From Lingula anatina (Eukaryota; Animalia; Brachiopoda), in assembly GCA_051362555.1 (NCBI GenBank), contig CM120642.1:26846001-26910000 (forward strand): a DNA stretch of 64,000 nucleotides, read 5' to 3'. Each line of letters starts with the position of its first letter. The stretch's first letter is position 1. The notes beneath the pieces are model-generated. The model saw only the letters and a program-made list of their open reading frames with translations. It did not search any database and was not told where the DNA came from. Shown here one piece after another: positions 26,301 through 38,807 of the stretch. The position numbers and the translations under genes are program-made.

Positions 26301-27207
26301 GGGGTATGTTAAGATATATTTCTTAATTTGTATACAAACGTTCTATATCTAAACGTAAATTTGCTGTAAACCTGGGTGAGTTTTTGTATAGAAATTAGAA
26401 GAGACGCATAGTTTAGCTTCTTATGTCTACCTACCAATCCTCCTAGCTTGTCCTTTTTCATTATTTGATAAAGCTTTTATTCTCCGGACTTATGGCTTAA
26501 TAAGTTAAAACTTTTCCATTAAAAGTGCAAAAATTAATATTAGTGTAATTTATTTCAGATCAACCACACTGGAGCCAGTATGAATCCAGCCCGGTCACTG
26601 GGTCCCGCTGTCTACGTTAACATATGGACTGACCACTGGGTACTTACCACCAATTATATAGAAAAATTATATAAATCTATATTTTATAAGCATAGGTTTC
26701 TGGTATTTAAAGTGTTATGTTTTGGCACATTATAAATCGTAGTCTTCCTTTTACGTTACTGAAATCTTTTTATCGGATTGCTTCCGTATTGTGTTCTGTT
26801 GCTTCCATCGCGTGTATAATTGCTTCCGTCACGTGTAAAGATACAGCTTAAGTCACTATTTATCATTGTTACAACTTCAAATTTTTATCATATAACGTTT
26901 GCTTCATACACCGTAATGTTCGTTACGTGGAAATTGCTTTTGGCACGTGTAAAATTGCTTTCTACATGTATGCGTGTAAAATTGCTTTCGTTGCATATAA
27001 GGATGCTGGTAAAGTGATACGGATTGTTCATAATTGTTACAACTTGGAGTTGTTATTACAAAATATTTGCTTTACACGTAATATATCTGTTCTAGGTTTA
27101 CTGGGTCGGCCCTATCCTTGGCGGCGCACTTGCCACTTTGGTATACCGGTATGGGTTTAACCCTGTCAAACAAGGAGATGAAAACTGTAAAACGGGTAAG
27201 CATTCGT

Positions 27208-27251
<44 letters not shown>

Positions 27252-27804
27252 TCCTCTACCAGGGTGGCAGATTATATAGGCAGAGAGCGCAGACCTCCGC
27301 CAAGGCAGCAAAGTCTCTACCCAATGCCGTTCCGTTTCACCCCTAAAATTTCATTCTATAATGATTTAGTTTTTGATTTTTGATTATTGAATGATTATTG
27401 ATCCGGATCACCACCAAAAACTAATCATCTGTTCCTTGGCCCACTTCCGACAGTTCCTAAAAATTTCATCAAAATCGGTCCATAACTTTTTGAGTTATGT
27501 TAATGACAGACAAACAAACGGGTGAAAACTCCTTGGCGGAGGTAAAAACGGGAAAATCCACAGACACACAGCCAAATGACTGTCTATTTATCTAGAGGCA
27601 TATCTGTGAATATCCTGTGAAAAATCAATCTGTCGCCCTGGTAGAGGTACACACACACAAATTTTTTATCAGATTTGATTTGATAATTTTGTCTTCTATT
27701 TTATAGAAGTTATTAAAGAGCAAGAATTGCGCCATGTTGTAGAAGAGGTGTTTGGACGATTTCGACCCGAAGTTTCTGGTGCCAGGGAAAATGGAAACAC
27801 CTAG
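23322..27804 (+). CDS. Aquaporin paralog C; exons 23322-23610 (alternative in-frame ATG at 23220), 25228-25288, 26102-26303, 26559-26639, 27096-27195, 27707-27804
   Basis: Motifs [27 protein letters not shown] and [13 protein letters not shown]; ends ...ARENGNT*. Confidence 0.92.
27250..27649. mobile_element. TIR element of the same family as 59719-59879, carrying a nested element at ~27293-27545
   Basis: Ends TATCCTCTACCAGGGTG and CGCCCTGGTAGAGGTA, flanked by CACACACAC on both sides. The internal insert is bounded by the inverted repeat ACCTCCGCCAAGG (27293) / CCTTGGCGGAGGT (27531). Confidence 0.7.
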
Positions 27805-29041
27805 ATATTTTAAAGGATGTAATATCAAATCTACAATCAAGAAAGTACAGATACCGTATGTACGACGTAGCGGAAGGTTTTCACACTGCTTTCAACTTAA
27901 TGAACTAACATTTTTTGTTTTTTAAACTTTATTAGTTGACTGGGTCTTAGGACTGATAAATCAATTTTACCTAGTAAAATTTTGATTCATGAGACATTGA
28001 ACGTCTGAAATGTTGATATTAACTAAACACACTTGACTTTCAAACTATTCAAACTATTATTTTCTACGAACCAGTTTTTTCCCACTATTAATCAAACAAG
28101 AATTCTTGTTAAACTGCTTTTAAACTCAAGATAAATTTCTGTACATGTTATAATTTTTTCAATTATAAATTTTCATAAACGCCCTTAAATAACACCAAAA
28201 ATTAAATGGCATTGTTTTACACCCCTTTGTTACAATGAATACTGTATGTACAGTCCCGTAGAAAGATACATGTACACTAATGAATATTTACCACTTATTT
28301 TTTTCTTTTCATATTTTCTTAGATCATTTACAATTTTAGCGTCATCAAGCTCAAGTCCGTATTTAGCATGTATCACGAGGACGCAATATATTTCAAGTAT
28401 AACATGGAAATTCTCACCTGCTCAGAATAAACCTTGTCTAAGTAGAGTGGTAACAATTTTTGTCGTGACAAAGTATTTAGCTTCAATTGTTATTTCTCGA
28501 TGAGCCAACGATTTTTACAACTATCAACTAGGTCTTGATGACTAGTTTGTTTATCTGGAATATAAAATTAGGTTTGGTGATAACCAGAACGTTAACACCT
28601 AGGCATAACAAAATACTTTCATGTAACCATCTATCGAAATACTGACGAGCAATGGTTAGCCTACACTTTACATGCATTTTACTTTTATTTTAAAATATTT
28701 TTTCCCTGTTATATTTTATACAACAGGGTAATATAATATGTATATATAATATGTAAGTAAGAAAGCCTCTGCTATATCGCAAACGATATTAGCTGGTTTG
28801 CACCGCTTGTCAACTTTGAAATACGCCAATAGATGCATTTCCATAATACCACACCTCTTCCTTGCACAGTAACAAAACATTAACGGCTCCTTTAATTTAT
28901 AACTTCTAATACAATATGTAATTGCAAAAAAAGTAACTTCTTTTTTGTTGTCGTTGGTTTTGGCAAAGACTCTATATGTAGTAACTTGTGGTCTGGTTGC
29001 ATAACAGTAACTGTTTTCTTGTTGTTGTTGTTGGTTTATTT

Positions 29042-29268
29042 AAACCGCCTTTACACTGGGCGGCGTCCATTCTGCGTCCCGTAGTGCGCCCTGTTTGAGA
29101 GTAAAAAAAAAAACAATAATACTTTACGTGCCGACAACTGGCCGATCATTGAGCATTCATTTTGCAACCAAAGCGATGCTTGTGCCTCCTTTTTACGACC
29201 ACGGCGATGCCAGGTTCATGGTCGCACAAAGGACGCAGAAAGGACGCCCTTCAGTGTATAGGGGGTTT
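29042..29268. mobile_element. Harbinger-like MITE
   Basis: AAACCGCCTTTACACTG...GGCGTCCATTCTGCGTCC is inverted as GGACGCAGAAAGGACGCC...CAGTGTATAGGGGGTTT. Confidence 0.65.
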
Positions 29269-29273
29269 AATTA

Positions 29274-29488
29274 GACCCCATTCCCACAGATTTTAGATCG
29301 ATCAATCCCTGTGGGGAGTCTCACTAGATTACTGTCAGCTTAGCCGGCTTAAATGTCTGTACCGCCTACTAAAAGCTGTACGGGGGTAATGAACTATGGT
29401 GCGCGCTCGACTGACAGCAATTTAGCGTGAACCCCCAGGGAGTAAGGTCGATCCAGATGGATCGATCTAAATCTCTGGGAATGTACTC
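29274..29488. mobile_element. Harbinger-like MITE abutting the previous one
   Basis: CATTCCCACAGATTTTAGATCGATC ... GATCGATCTAAATCTCTGGGAATG inverted arms, with TTA on both flanks. Confidence 0.7.
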
Positions 29489-29558
29489 TTAGAGTCTCTC
29501 TATTTGAATACTTGTCATCTGTTTGCATACACGTCATGTGGTCTATATTTGGGTCGCT

Positions 29559-31896
29559 TCACACCATCGCGTCTCCCTCAAGCTTTGTGTTCTGGTTGAT
29601 TTCCTTGGTGTCAACGCTTTCAGAATCTGACGAACGCCCTCCTTTCTCCTCCTAAATGCAACAATAGAGACGAATTTACAAATGTTGTTTAGGATTTGCA
29701 AAATTTGAGGTATTCCCATTAGAATATCAGTAAATTATAACAAATAATATACAAAAGAAACCGAAGAAAATTCGACACAATACATATTCGATATACTATA
29801 TATTCAATGCGATGTAGTAAAATGCAACTGACCAAAGAATAAATTGTAACTGTAGTTGAACGTAAGTGAACCTCACATTTTCCCCATAAACACATCATTC
29901 TCCAACACAATAAATAAATGTTAACCACTGTAACATTTTCCATTAAATAAAGTTAAAAGTAAAATGCAAAGAAACGAAACCGTAGCCTACATTTTTCATC
30001 AAAAATAAAAAGAAAGAAAGAAAGAAAAAAATCAAAACTTGCCCAGTCCTCCGTGGTCACCTCCTTGCCTGGGAGGATATCGTCCAGCCACAGCAGCTCC
30101 CTCTGGTTGAAGACCCTGTCCAGGAGAACAATGCGGACCACACACATGGCCAGTACCTGGGGGCGTGGTCAAATACTGAATTAATAACTCAACTTTCTTA
30201 ATAACTGAATAGAAATTTACACACCCATATTTAAGAAAGTACATGCATGCGTGTGCACAGTGTTTTAACCAGTATGTGAATTTGTGATGTCTGCCAAGGG
30301 TTGTGCTCTATCATCATGACGACGTTGCATCCTCCTCGCAAGGACCTCGTCTGATATCTGATGGTTTAACCTGATAGTTTACTACCTGAGCGATAAATTT
30401 GTCAGATCTCCCGTGTAGGTTGTGCTATCGCAACGGTGAATTATCAGGTGGACTATCAGTGACCAGCCCAGGTCCACATGAGGTGGATGCAACATCGTTA
30501 TAGTCATACTATTCATCTATTTGACATAAATTGGAAGTATAGAAAGACATAAAATATGTATATAGCTTCTTAACTTTTCGAGATTTTTGAGTGACAATAC
30601 CACGCAATGTTGCTGTGAATCAATTTAACACGTACTGGGAACACGTGTGCGTGCGTGTATTGTGTTTCGTGGAAAATGGAGAAGTGAAATGTTGTGGAAC
30701 TTATAAATGGTCCCATAATTCTACACCGGTCTAAGCGCAGAACATGCATTTGTCAAAAAATAACATCCTCTTCTGAAACTCTCCCCTTTTATCTTTAACT
30801 ATACATACCTAGGCATGTTTTGACCGTGGCCGTGGCGATATACTTAGTTCGGTAAAATGCGAGCATTTTTAGTATGCATCTCACTTATATGCCATCATTA
30901 AATATCTTAAAAAACTCCCGTTTCTTACCATCAATGGGAACGCAATGGATATAATTTTGACCATCTTGACCACCCACAGGAGCGCCAGGCACACGACCTG
31001 GATCAGGGTGAAGATGTGGATTCTCTTGGTCTTCACGTGACGCAGGAACATGTAATCCGGCTGGTATTTCTGGGGCATGAAGATGATGCGGATTCTCTGC
31101 ATCAGCTTTATTAATAGAAAGAAAATGGTTAGTTGTACTATATCTACAAGTATTTTTATACAATTGCACAGCGACCATTAGAGTCCGTATACGAAGGGAT
31201 AGAGCCGACAGTGTTTGGAAAGTAGCCAAAGTCAAAATCCTATACAGAAAGCCGACACACAGTTTATTGTAAAGATTTGAATTTTAATTTAAAAAAAATT
31301 AATTTGAAGATCCTATAAAATAACTTATAACGCAGAATTGCAAATAAAATTAGGGTAATACATTTACCTCTTTACCCTTCAGTGCGCAGACGCCCATGTA
31401 TAGGAAAACCCCATAGAGCACCGGCATTGGGACATACTGAAATGATTTTAACAGAATAAAAAAGACAACATTCGTTTAAGTGATTAATTCATTAATTGCA
31501 TTCTACCATAAAGACCAAAAATATCTCATCTTGTGACCAATTGCATTTCAAGGCTAACATGATACGCGCAGTCTTACCTGCAAGAATCCTGATAAAAATA
31601 CCGAACATCCTATGAGAACAAATATGAAAAATCCTGTCACTCGTTGCTCTCTGTAATGGAACGAAAAGTAGTTTTATAAGTTATGCTATACAAATATTAC
31701 GATAGGCAGTGAACTATCGATAGTAAGGTGTACGTGCAATCACAAACAAGGACAACAGAACTCTACCAATATATCGTATGTACATGTGCAAAGAATGTTA
31801 AAACCTCTGACGAAGATGTTTAAATAACAGTAAAACCATTTTTTTTTTTCATTCCCATCATTATCATTTTTATCTTTATTTTCATTTTTTTCTTTT

Positions 31897-31984
<88 letters not shown>

Positions 31985-34900
31985 CGCGTAAACGTTTCAA
32001 AAAAAGGATGTGATCGCCACTCCCCTCACCTTACTCCGAGGAACTTGGGTTTCTCTCCTGGCGCCGTACACTCGCTCTCCTCCTTCAAACTGTCCACGTG
32101 GGTCAGCGACTCCACAGTGGCCGCCACGAACCAGGGGAGGCCGAAAATTGAGCACAGGCCAATTTGTACGGCAAGGACAAACAAGTCCAGATGGTATCCT
32201 CTTCCCTTCTGTTATAAAAAGACGAAACCAGTTTGATAAAAGGCGACGAACGATCGAAGATACTAGTAGCATTTCAAAAGGACCGATATATACTATATGT
32301 ATCGAATAAGTGATTGATGCCGAAATAAATACTTGGTGACCGTGGGTTTAACACCATTCATTTTATAATAAAGCATTAACCTTTGTCTAAACGACACTTG
32401 CTGCAGTCAATGAAGCACTATCGTATCTGGAATAACGATGAACAGAAATGGTGTGTCCTGTTACAGTCAAAAGCACCTAAAACACAACACTTACTTTACC
32501 TACCCTTAGCAAAATTTAAGGCTTCTTGCAAACAGTTGCTGCAAATTTGCAACAAATTTGCAAGAGGAAATTTACCATGTAAATTAAGTCTCTTGCAAAT
32601 TTGCTGCAAACTCCCCACAAACTTAATCAGCATGACAAAAGGGAATCTGTCACAGGTTTCTTGCAAATTTGCTGCAAACTCTCAAGAACCATTCATGCGA
32701 ATTTGCTGCAAACTCTCCACTACAGTTCTTGCGAATTTGCTGCAAACTCTCCAGAACTGTTCTTGCGAATTTTCTGCAAATTCACTAGAAGTTCTTGCAA
32801 ATTTGCTGCAAACCCTCCAGAACTGTTCTTGCGAATGCTCTGCAAACTCATAAGAAATCCTTCTTGCAAATTTGCTGCAAAATCTCCAGAACTGTTCTCG
32901 CGAATTTTTCCGGAACCCTCCCCCCCCCCCCCCCCCAAAAAAAAAAAAAAAAAAACAAATCGAAAAAACATTCTTCTGCAGTACCACTATTGCAGTAGAC
33001 TGCCAACTAATATTTAACCCAGTGATTATGCTTTTATTTATGCCAGTTTTTTTTTTTAATTAAATCTCAATCATGTATGCCATATTTGAAATCATGGAGT
33101 AGCAAAATTTTATTACTGTATTTTAGCCATATAGTGCAGCTGGCAGAACACATACAGAAAATTATCAAATGAATGAAAAAATAGCACACACAGAATATCA
33201 GTAAGAAACACCATAAACATTTTTCAATATTTTATTTTAGAAACTTGCACATTTAAATCAAATTAAATCAACATTTGGTAAAGATTGTTCAGATGTCTCT
33301 GATATAATGATACAACGTGAATCTGCTTATGCATTTTATTCATTGGAAAGAACAGTAACCAAGCTATAAAGGATGCTTTAATCTTTAAGAGGATTCAACA
33401 ACTTTATTTACATCCAAGTTTAAAGAAGTCCGAGTTTAATTATCGAGTCCTTAGTAATATTTCTTAATTCTGTTAACTGGCTTCAATATCTCAATTCTGT
33501 TAATGATTCACTGTAATGTATTTTGTGTGTATAAGTATATAAGGAGTAGAACTTAGTATAAGAGCTCAGAGTGAGTTTGGTCAGTTGAACTGATAGCTAG
33601 ATAGTCCCTGCTGTCCTAGGAGACTCCAAATCTGTCAGCCAGAGAAATAAACGTAGAGATCAGGCAGGTTGTAGTTGATCTCTGGAAAACATATCACCGC
33701 TGTTGTTTCACTCGCTAGAGAATTTCGACTGGGATACAAGCACCATATCACATCTGAAAGACAAGAAAAATAAAACTTGACATTTATTGTAAAATTTGTT
33801 GCACTCACAGGTAGTTTGTCAAGTAAGCTTCTAGTAGTTTCCATTAATAAAAACACCTATATATATACATATATATGATTTATGTTGTTAAGTAAAACTA
33901 AACTAAATTTAGCAGGCATGGTATAATCTAATCACAGTTAAAAATACTTTTCCTACCTTTTTTAAGGCCCTCTTTGCAGTGTGAATTTTTGCACTCATAG
34001 TGTGCTTAATTGCTGGCCCATCCATTTTCAAGTTGTTAATAACATACACTGAAAGAAAGAGAATTTAAACAATAAATAAAGAAAGCATGACTTCATTTAA
34101 AAAACTAAATGAGACAGATGGGGGGGGGGGTGGATATGGAGGGCACAGGGTATGCGTGTGGGGAGTTATGGAGGGCACAGGGTTGGATATGGTATGGGTG
34201 TGAGGAGATATGGAGGGCACAGGGTTGGAGATGGTGGGAGTAAGACGGGGGACAGATGATGCACGAGGCACTGAAACACTTTCTTCAACTGCTGCATTAC
34301 AAGCTGGCTCTGATTTTTTTCCTTGAATAACACAGGGAAAGCTTTATTAAATTTGAATTCATGTGTGTAAAATGTACTTATTATTTGAAAGAGGAAATTA
34401 CAATTTTTTCAGCATTTAGTGGAAAAGATATGCAACAGCAATTGCAGGTCAATTAACAATATACTTACACTACTACCATTGCTCTGGTTGTCCTTTTTAT
34501 CTAAAAAAGTTAAAACATAAAATGTTATTCTACCAAAAAAGTGATGCATTAAGAATATATATTTATATATATGAACAGTTCATCATAGGTTGCATGGTTG
34601 TTTGAACTAAAAAAAAAGTGGGGTTCCTGTTATTCAGAAGCAAGGCAACACTGAAACATTTTGGATTCTGTGTTACTATTAAAAAAAAAACAACAATAAT
34701 TATGGAATTATCAGACATATTAGTTTCACAAAGAAGAGATAAGTCAGTATGAGGGTGATACACTTAAATTCTTAGATTTGTTCAGAAGTCTTTGACACTC
34801 ACTGAAAATACATTTACTCACCTTTCACATATGCCTTCTTTTCCTTCTGACATGCATTTCTGTAATCTAAAATAAAAGGAGAATAGGTTTCAAAGCATTC

Positions 34901-35843
34901 TTTTAAAACACATGTATTTGCACTTTGATATTTCTCCTTTCTGTGGAAATGACCAAAACTGACTTTTAAAACCATCAAGACTATTAAAACTATAATTTTT
35001 TCCTGTGGCAGATATGATTGAATGTGCAAGTTTTTTTTTCAAGATTAAAAGTAATTTCAAGGGGCTAAGTTTAAAGGTGCATATGAAGTAAATTTTGGCC
35101 ATGCATATAAGCCAACAAAATGCCAGCATATAGTTTCAAGTAGTATAACTTAGAGGATTACCAAAAGGCATAGTTTAATTAACCCCCCCTCCAAAAAAAA
35201 AAAAAAAGAAAAGAAAAAATATTTGAACAGATTTTTCTGCTAGCACTCTATGCTGTATATCAATGGACAAAAAAATAAATAATAATAATAAATAAATAAA
35301 TAAATAATAATAATAATAGGTCATGAAAAAAGGCTAAATTTCTGGCCAAAAATTTAAAGAAAGGAGCAGTCTAAAGCTCTTTAATGACCAATCTGGTGAC
35401 TTATTCAGTTTACCCCTTGTCATGTTAAATTTATTTGAGTAATTAGGAAATTTGAAGAAGTAGTTTATGTGTTACTGGAAATCCATGTTACAGCGATGCT
35501 CTGTAAATATGTACCTTAAGTGCCGTATGAACCCTTCTGCCCTTTGAATTTATTTCACCTAAGCAAACTATACTAATTGAGAATACACTTACCACTAAAT
35601 GTAAATCACTTTTGCCAAATACATGCAACCATCCCAAGGAGCCATGAGTGTCTCTCCAACAGTAGGGACTTCCCCTTCTTACTCTTCCTCCCTCTCAAAC
35701 TTCGAAACGTCTTCCACTGATACAACTCCATCCTTGTCAAAACCAATAGTAATCCACGTCTCTATAATTTAAAAAGAATATAGTTACACACTTATTCAAC
35801 CGTTACAGAGAGAGAGAGAGAGAGAAAAAGAGAGAGGGGGTGA

Positions 35844-35882
<39 letters not shown>

Positions 35883-38775
35883 GAAAAAAAGGAGAGAGAG
35901 AGAGAGAGAGGAAAATAAGAAGAGAAAGAGAGAGAGAGAGAACGAGATGGCCTTCCCAACAAGTACCATACTAGCGCCCCCATACTAGAACTGTATTTAG
36001 AATCGGTTTACTTTCTACTTTCTACTCGCAGGCATGATGAGAATTCTCTGAGTGTAGTAAAATCCTATCTTGAATCAAACGTTCTGATAAACCTTTGCAC
36101 TCACCTGGCTTTGCAATCAACGCATAATAATTTCTAACTGGTTACACCAACTTAAAATCAGCTGCCGGTAAATCTCAAACCGTCTTCTTCTTCAAAATTT
36201 CCCGTGATGCATCAGATGGCGCATCAACCTATCACGATTAGTCGTTTTCATGACCATTTCCGGTTATCAGATAATCGCCGTTCATGAGAGCTCCGTGGAC
36301 CAAGAATCTTAAATTTGATCTAACTGTTAGAAAAGGTAGATTCTGCCAACACCACTACAGATCTGCTCCTGCATCCAGACCAACTATTGTTTACTGGGGT
36401 GGAATTGTTGAAAAGTCGTCAAGGCTGCGCGTGTCTTTATTTCGCGGAAGATGAATCCCAGCAATACTAGCAAACCATGCAGTGAAAGGTACGTAGCAGC
36501 TTATCTAGCAAGATAGTTAAATAGTGAGTGTTAGTAAATATTACTTTTTTTTCTTTCCATTCCTAAGTTACCATCAGATTTATATTATGTTTAAGGCATT
36601 GTTTTATTAAAAGGAGCATTTGGTTTGTGTATCTTTTATGAATTGACATTGATAAAAGTTAAATAATTTTAATGTCATAAAACTGATAAATGCCATATAA
36701 AATGCATTTTTACATTAAAAGCATCTTTTCTGCTTACATTTTAGCTTTGTGTCAAATAATGACGACATTTTAAATCAAGTCTATAACAATCCAGTGAAGT
36801 TAAATAGCCCAAATGTACTTATATGTCAGGTTACATTAAATTTTTTGAGTTACAGTTAGATTAGGCTCTGCTGTGCTGTATTCTTCAAAGTGGAATTGTT
36901 TAGGAAAGCTTATTAAGAGACAGTTTGAGTCTTAGGAGATGGGGACTTGCTTGTCCTAAACAACAAATAATTATTCACTTTACAATAGTCCCCGAATCTT
37001 TGATACAGATCAGTGCTATAGTAATTAACAGTCAGGTGTGAATAGGGCTCTTCCTCGCTAGCAGCACATCTTGTGGGCTGAGCATTTCAGATAGTTGTCG
37101 TCCAATTGAAAATTGTCACCTTTATAAGAGTGAGTGTCAACTAAGAATTTGGAAGGAGGATTCCCTTTAGTGTTTCTTAAGACATGACAGTTTGATACTT
37201 AACTGTGTATAAAATATTATCCTTGTCTACTGTCATTCCCTATTTAGTTTATTCTAGTTTAACAAAATCTAATAAAATTAGCTGTAGGTTTCTGTGTATA
37301 TTACCATAGTTAAAGGTACATTTTGAACTGAGTGTGGTGAAACATGGATTCTCAGTAAATGCTTATTAACTACTTCTACTAGTTTGTTATACAACTAGAA
37401 TAATTTATTAGACATGACGAGGAAAAATCACTTGATCAGCAAAAAGGAGCTTTTAACTGCTCCTTATTTTTAATTTTGGCTGAAAATTTAACATACAAGT
37501 ACATATCTTACTTATCTGCCTGGATTATATCGGCATAGCAAGCTAGCAGAAAATTTTGTTCAAATATCATTTTTCGGGCAGTATTGAATGATGTCTTGCG
37601 GTAATTATCTTAGTACTATTTAAAATTTTTACTAGCAATTGGTGAGCTTTTGTGGCAAAAATTTACCATTTATGCATCCTAAAATTGATAAAATTTTGAT
37701 GTCTCTAGGTATATGCATAACAAAATGCAATTTTCCATTATTAGAACCCCTTCTACAGTCATTTGGGTTATTTGTCAGGAAGTGAAATGCTTTTAATTGA
37801 ATCCATTATAATCCAGTGAAGCTAAATAGCTTAGGTAGTCCTAAAATATCTGTCAGATAATATAGAATTTAAAATTGAGTTGTAGTCACATTAAGCTTTG
37901 ATGACCTGTAAATACTCTTAGAAGTGGAATTGTTCAGCTAAGCTTGTTGAAAGACAGTATGTACCTTAAGGGATAGATACTTGTTTGTTGTTAAATGCTT
38001 CTCTAATAAGCAAGTAGGAATTTTAAGGTCCATGATCTTTACCTAGATACAGATCAGTTATTAACAGTCAGGTGTGAACAGGTTTCATCCTTTCTCTCAG
38101 CATCTTGCAAGATGAGCATGTCAGAGACTTGAATGGGGGGGATGGTGGGGGAATCTGGCAGGTGTCTCTTAAAAAATAAGTTTAATACATTGCAAAAATT
38201 TGAAGGTCAAAAGTGAAAAAAAAGAACAAAAAACTACAAGAAAAGATTCAGAAAATAATAACAAGTGCCAGGGAAAATATAATTTTCTAGCATTAAGGAC
38301 TATCAACATTTACTTGATCATTTTACAGTGCAATTCTATTCGAACAAGCCAATACCACAGACATAAGGAATATATACATGTATTGCTATATGAAGACTAT
38401 CAATGTACAAACTAGCAGAAGAAATTTAAAGGTATTCAGGCACTAATTAGAGTTTAAGAGCCTGTGATTTACATGATTTGAGTGACATCTAGGGTTTTAT
38501 TCTTAAATGTCCATTCCACAGCATGCTTAAGCAGAAATACATTTTTACTAGATTAAGAATGTCGGATTGGGGAGGGGGGGTGTTAAAGTCGAGGAAAATT
38601 AAATAATCAATGCACAAATAACTGTAAATAAAACTTTATTCATACTTCACTAATTATGTAAGCTAAAAATCCTGAAAACCGAGGATCCAAGTATAATGAT
38701 TACTTTTCAAGAAGGACAAATAATTGAAAAAAGGAATATATGCAACTGAACTTAATAAGCATGGGTTTGCTGTTT

Positions 38776-38807
<32 letters not shown>

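Noticed and set aside
32383-33063. Overlapping 60-156-aa ORFs rich in [11 protein letters not shown] (also 41251-41867)
   Set aside because: Translations of the transposon's subterminal repeats, not genes.
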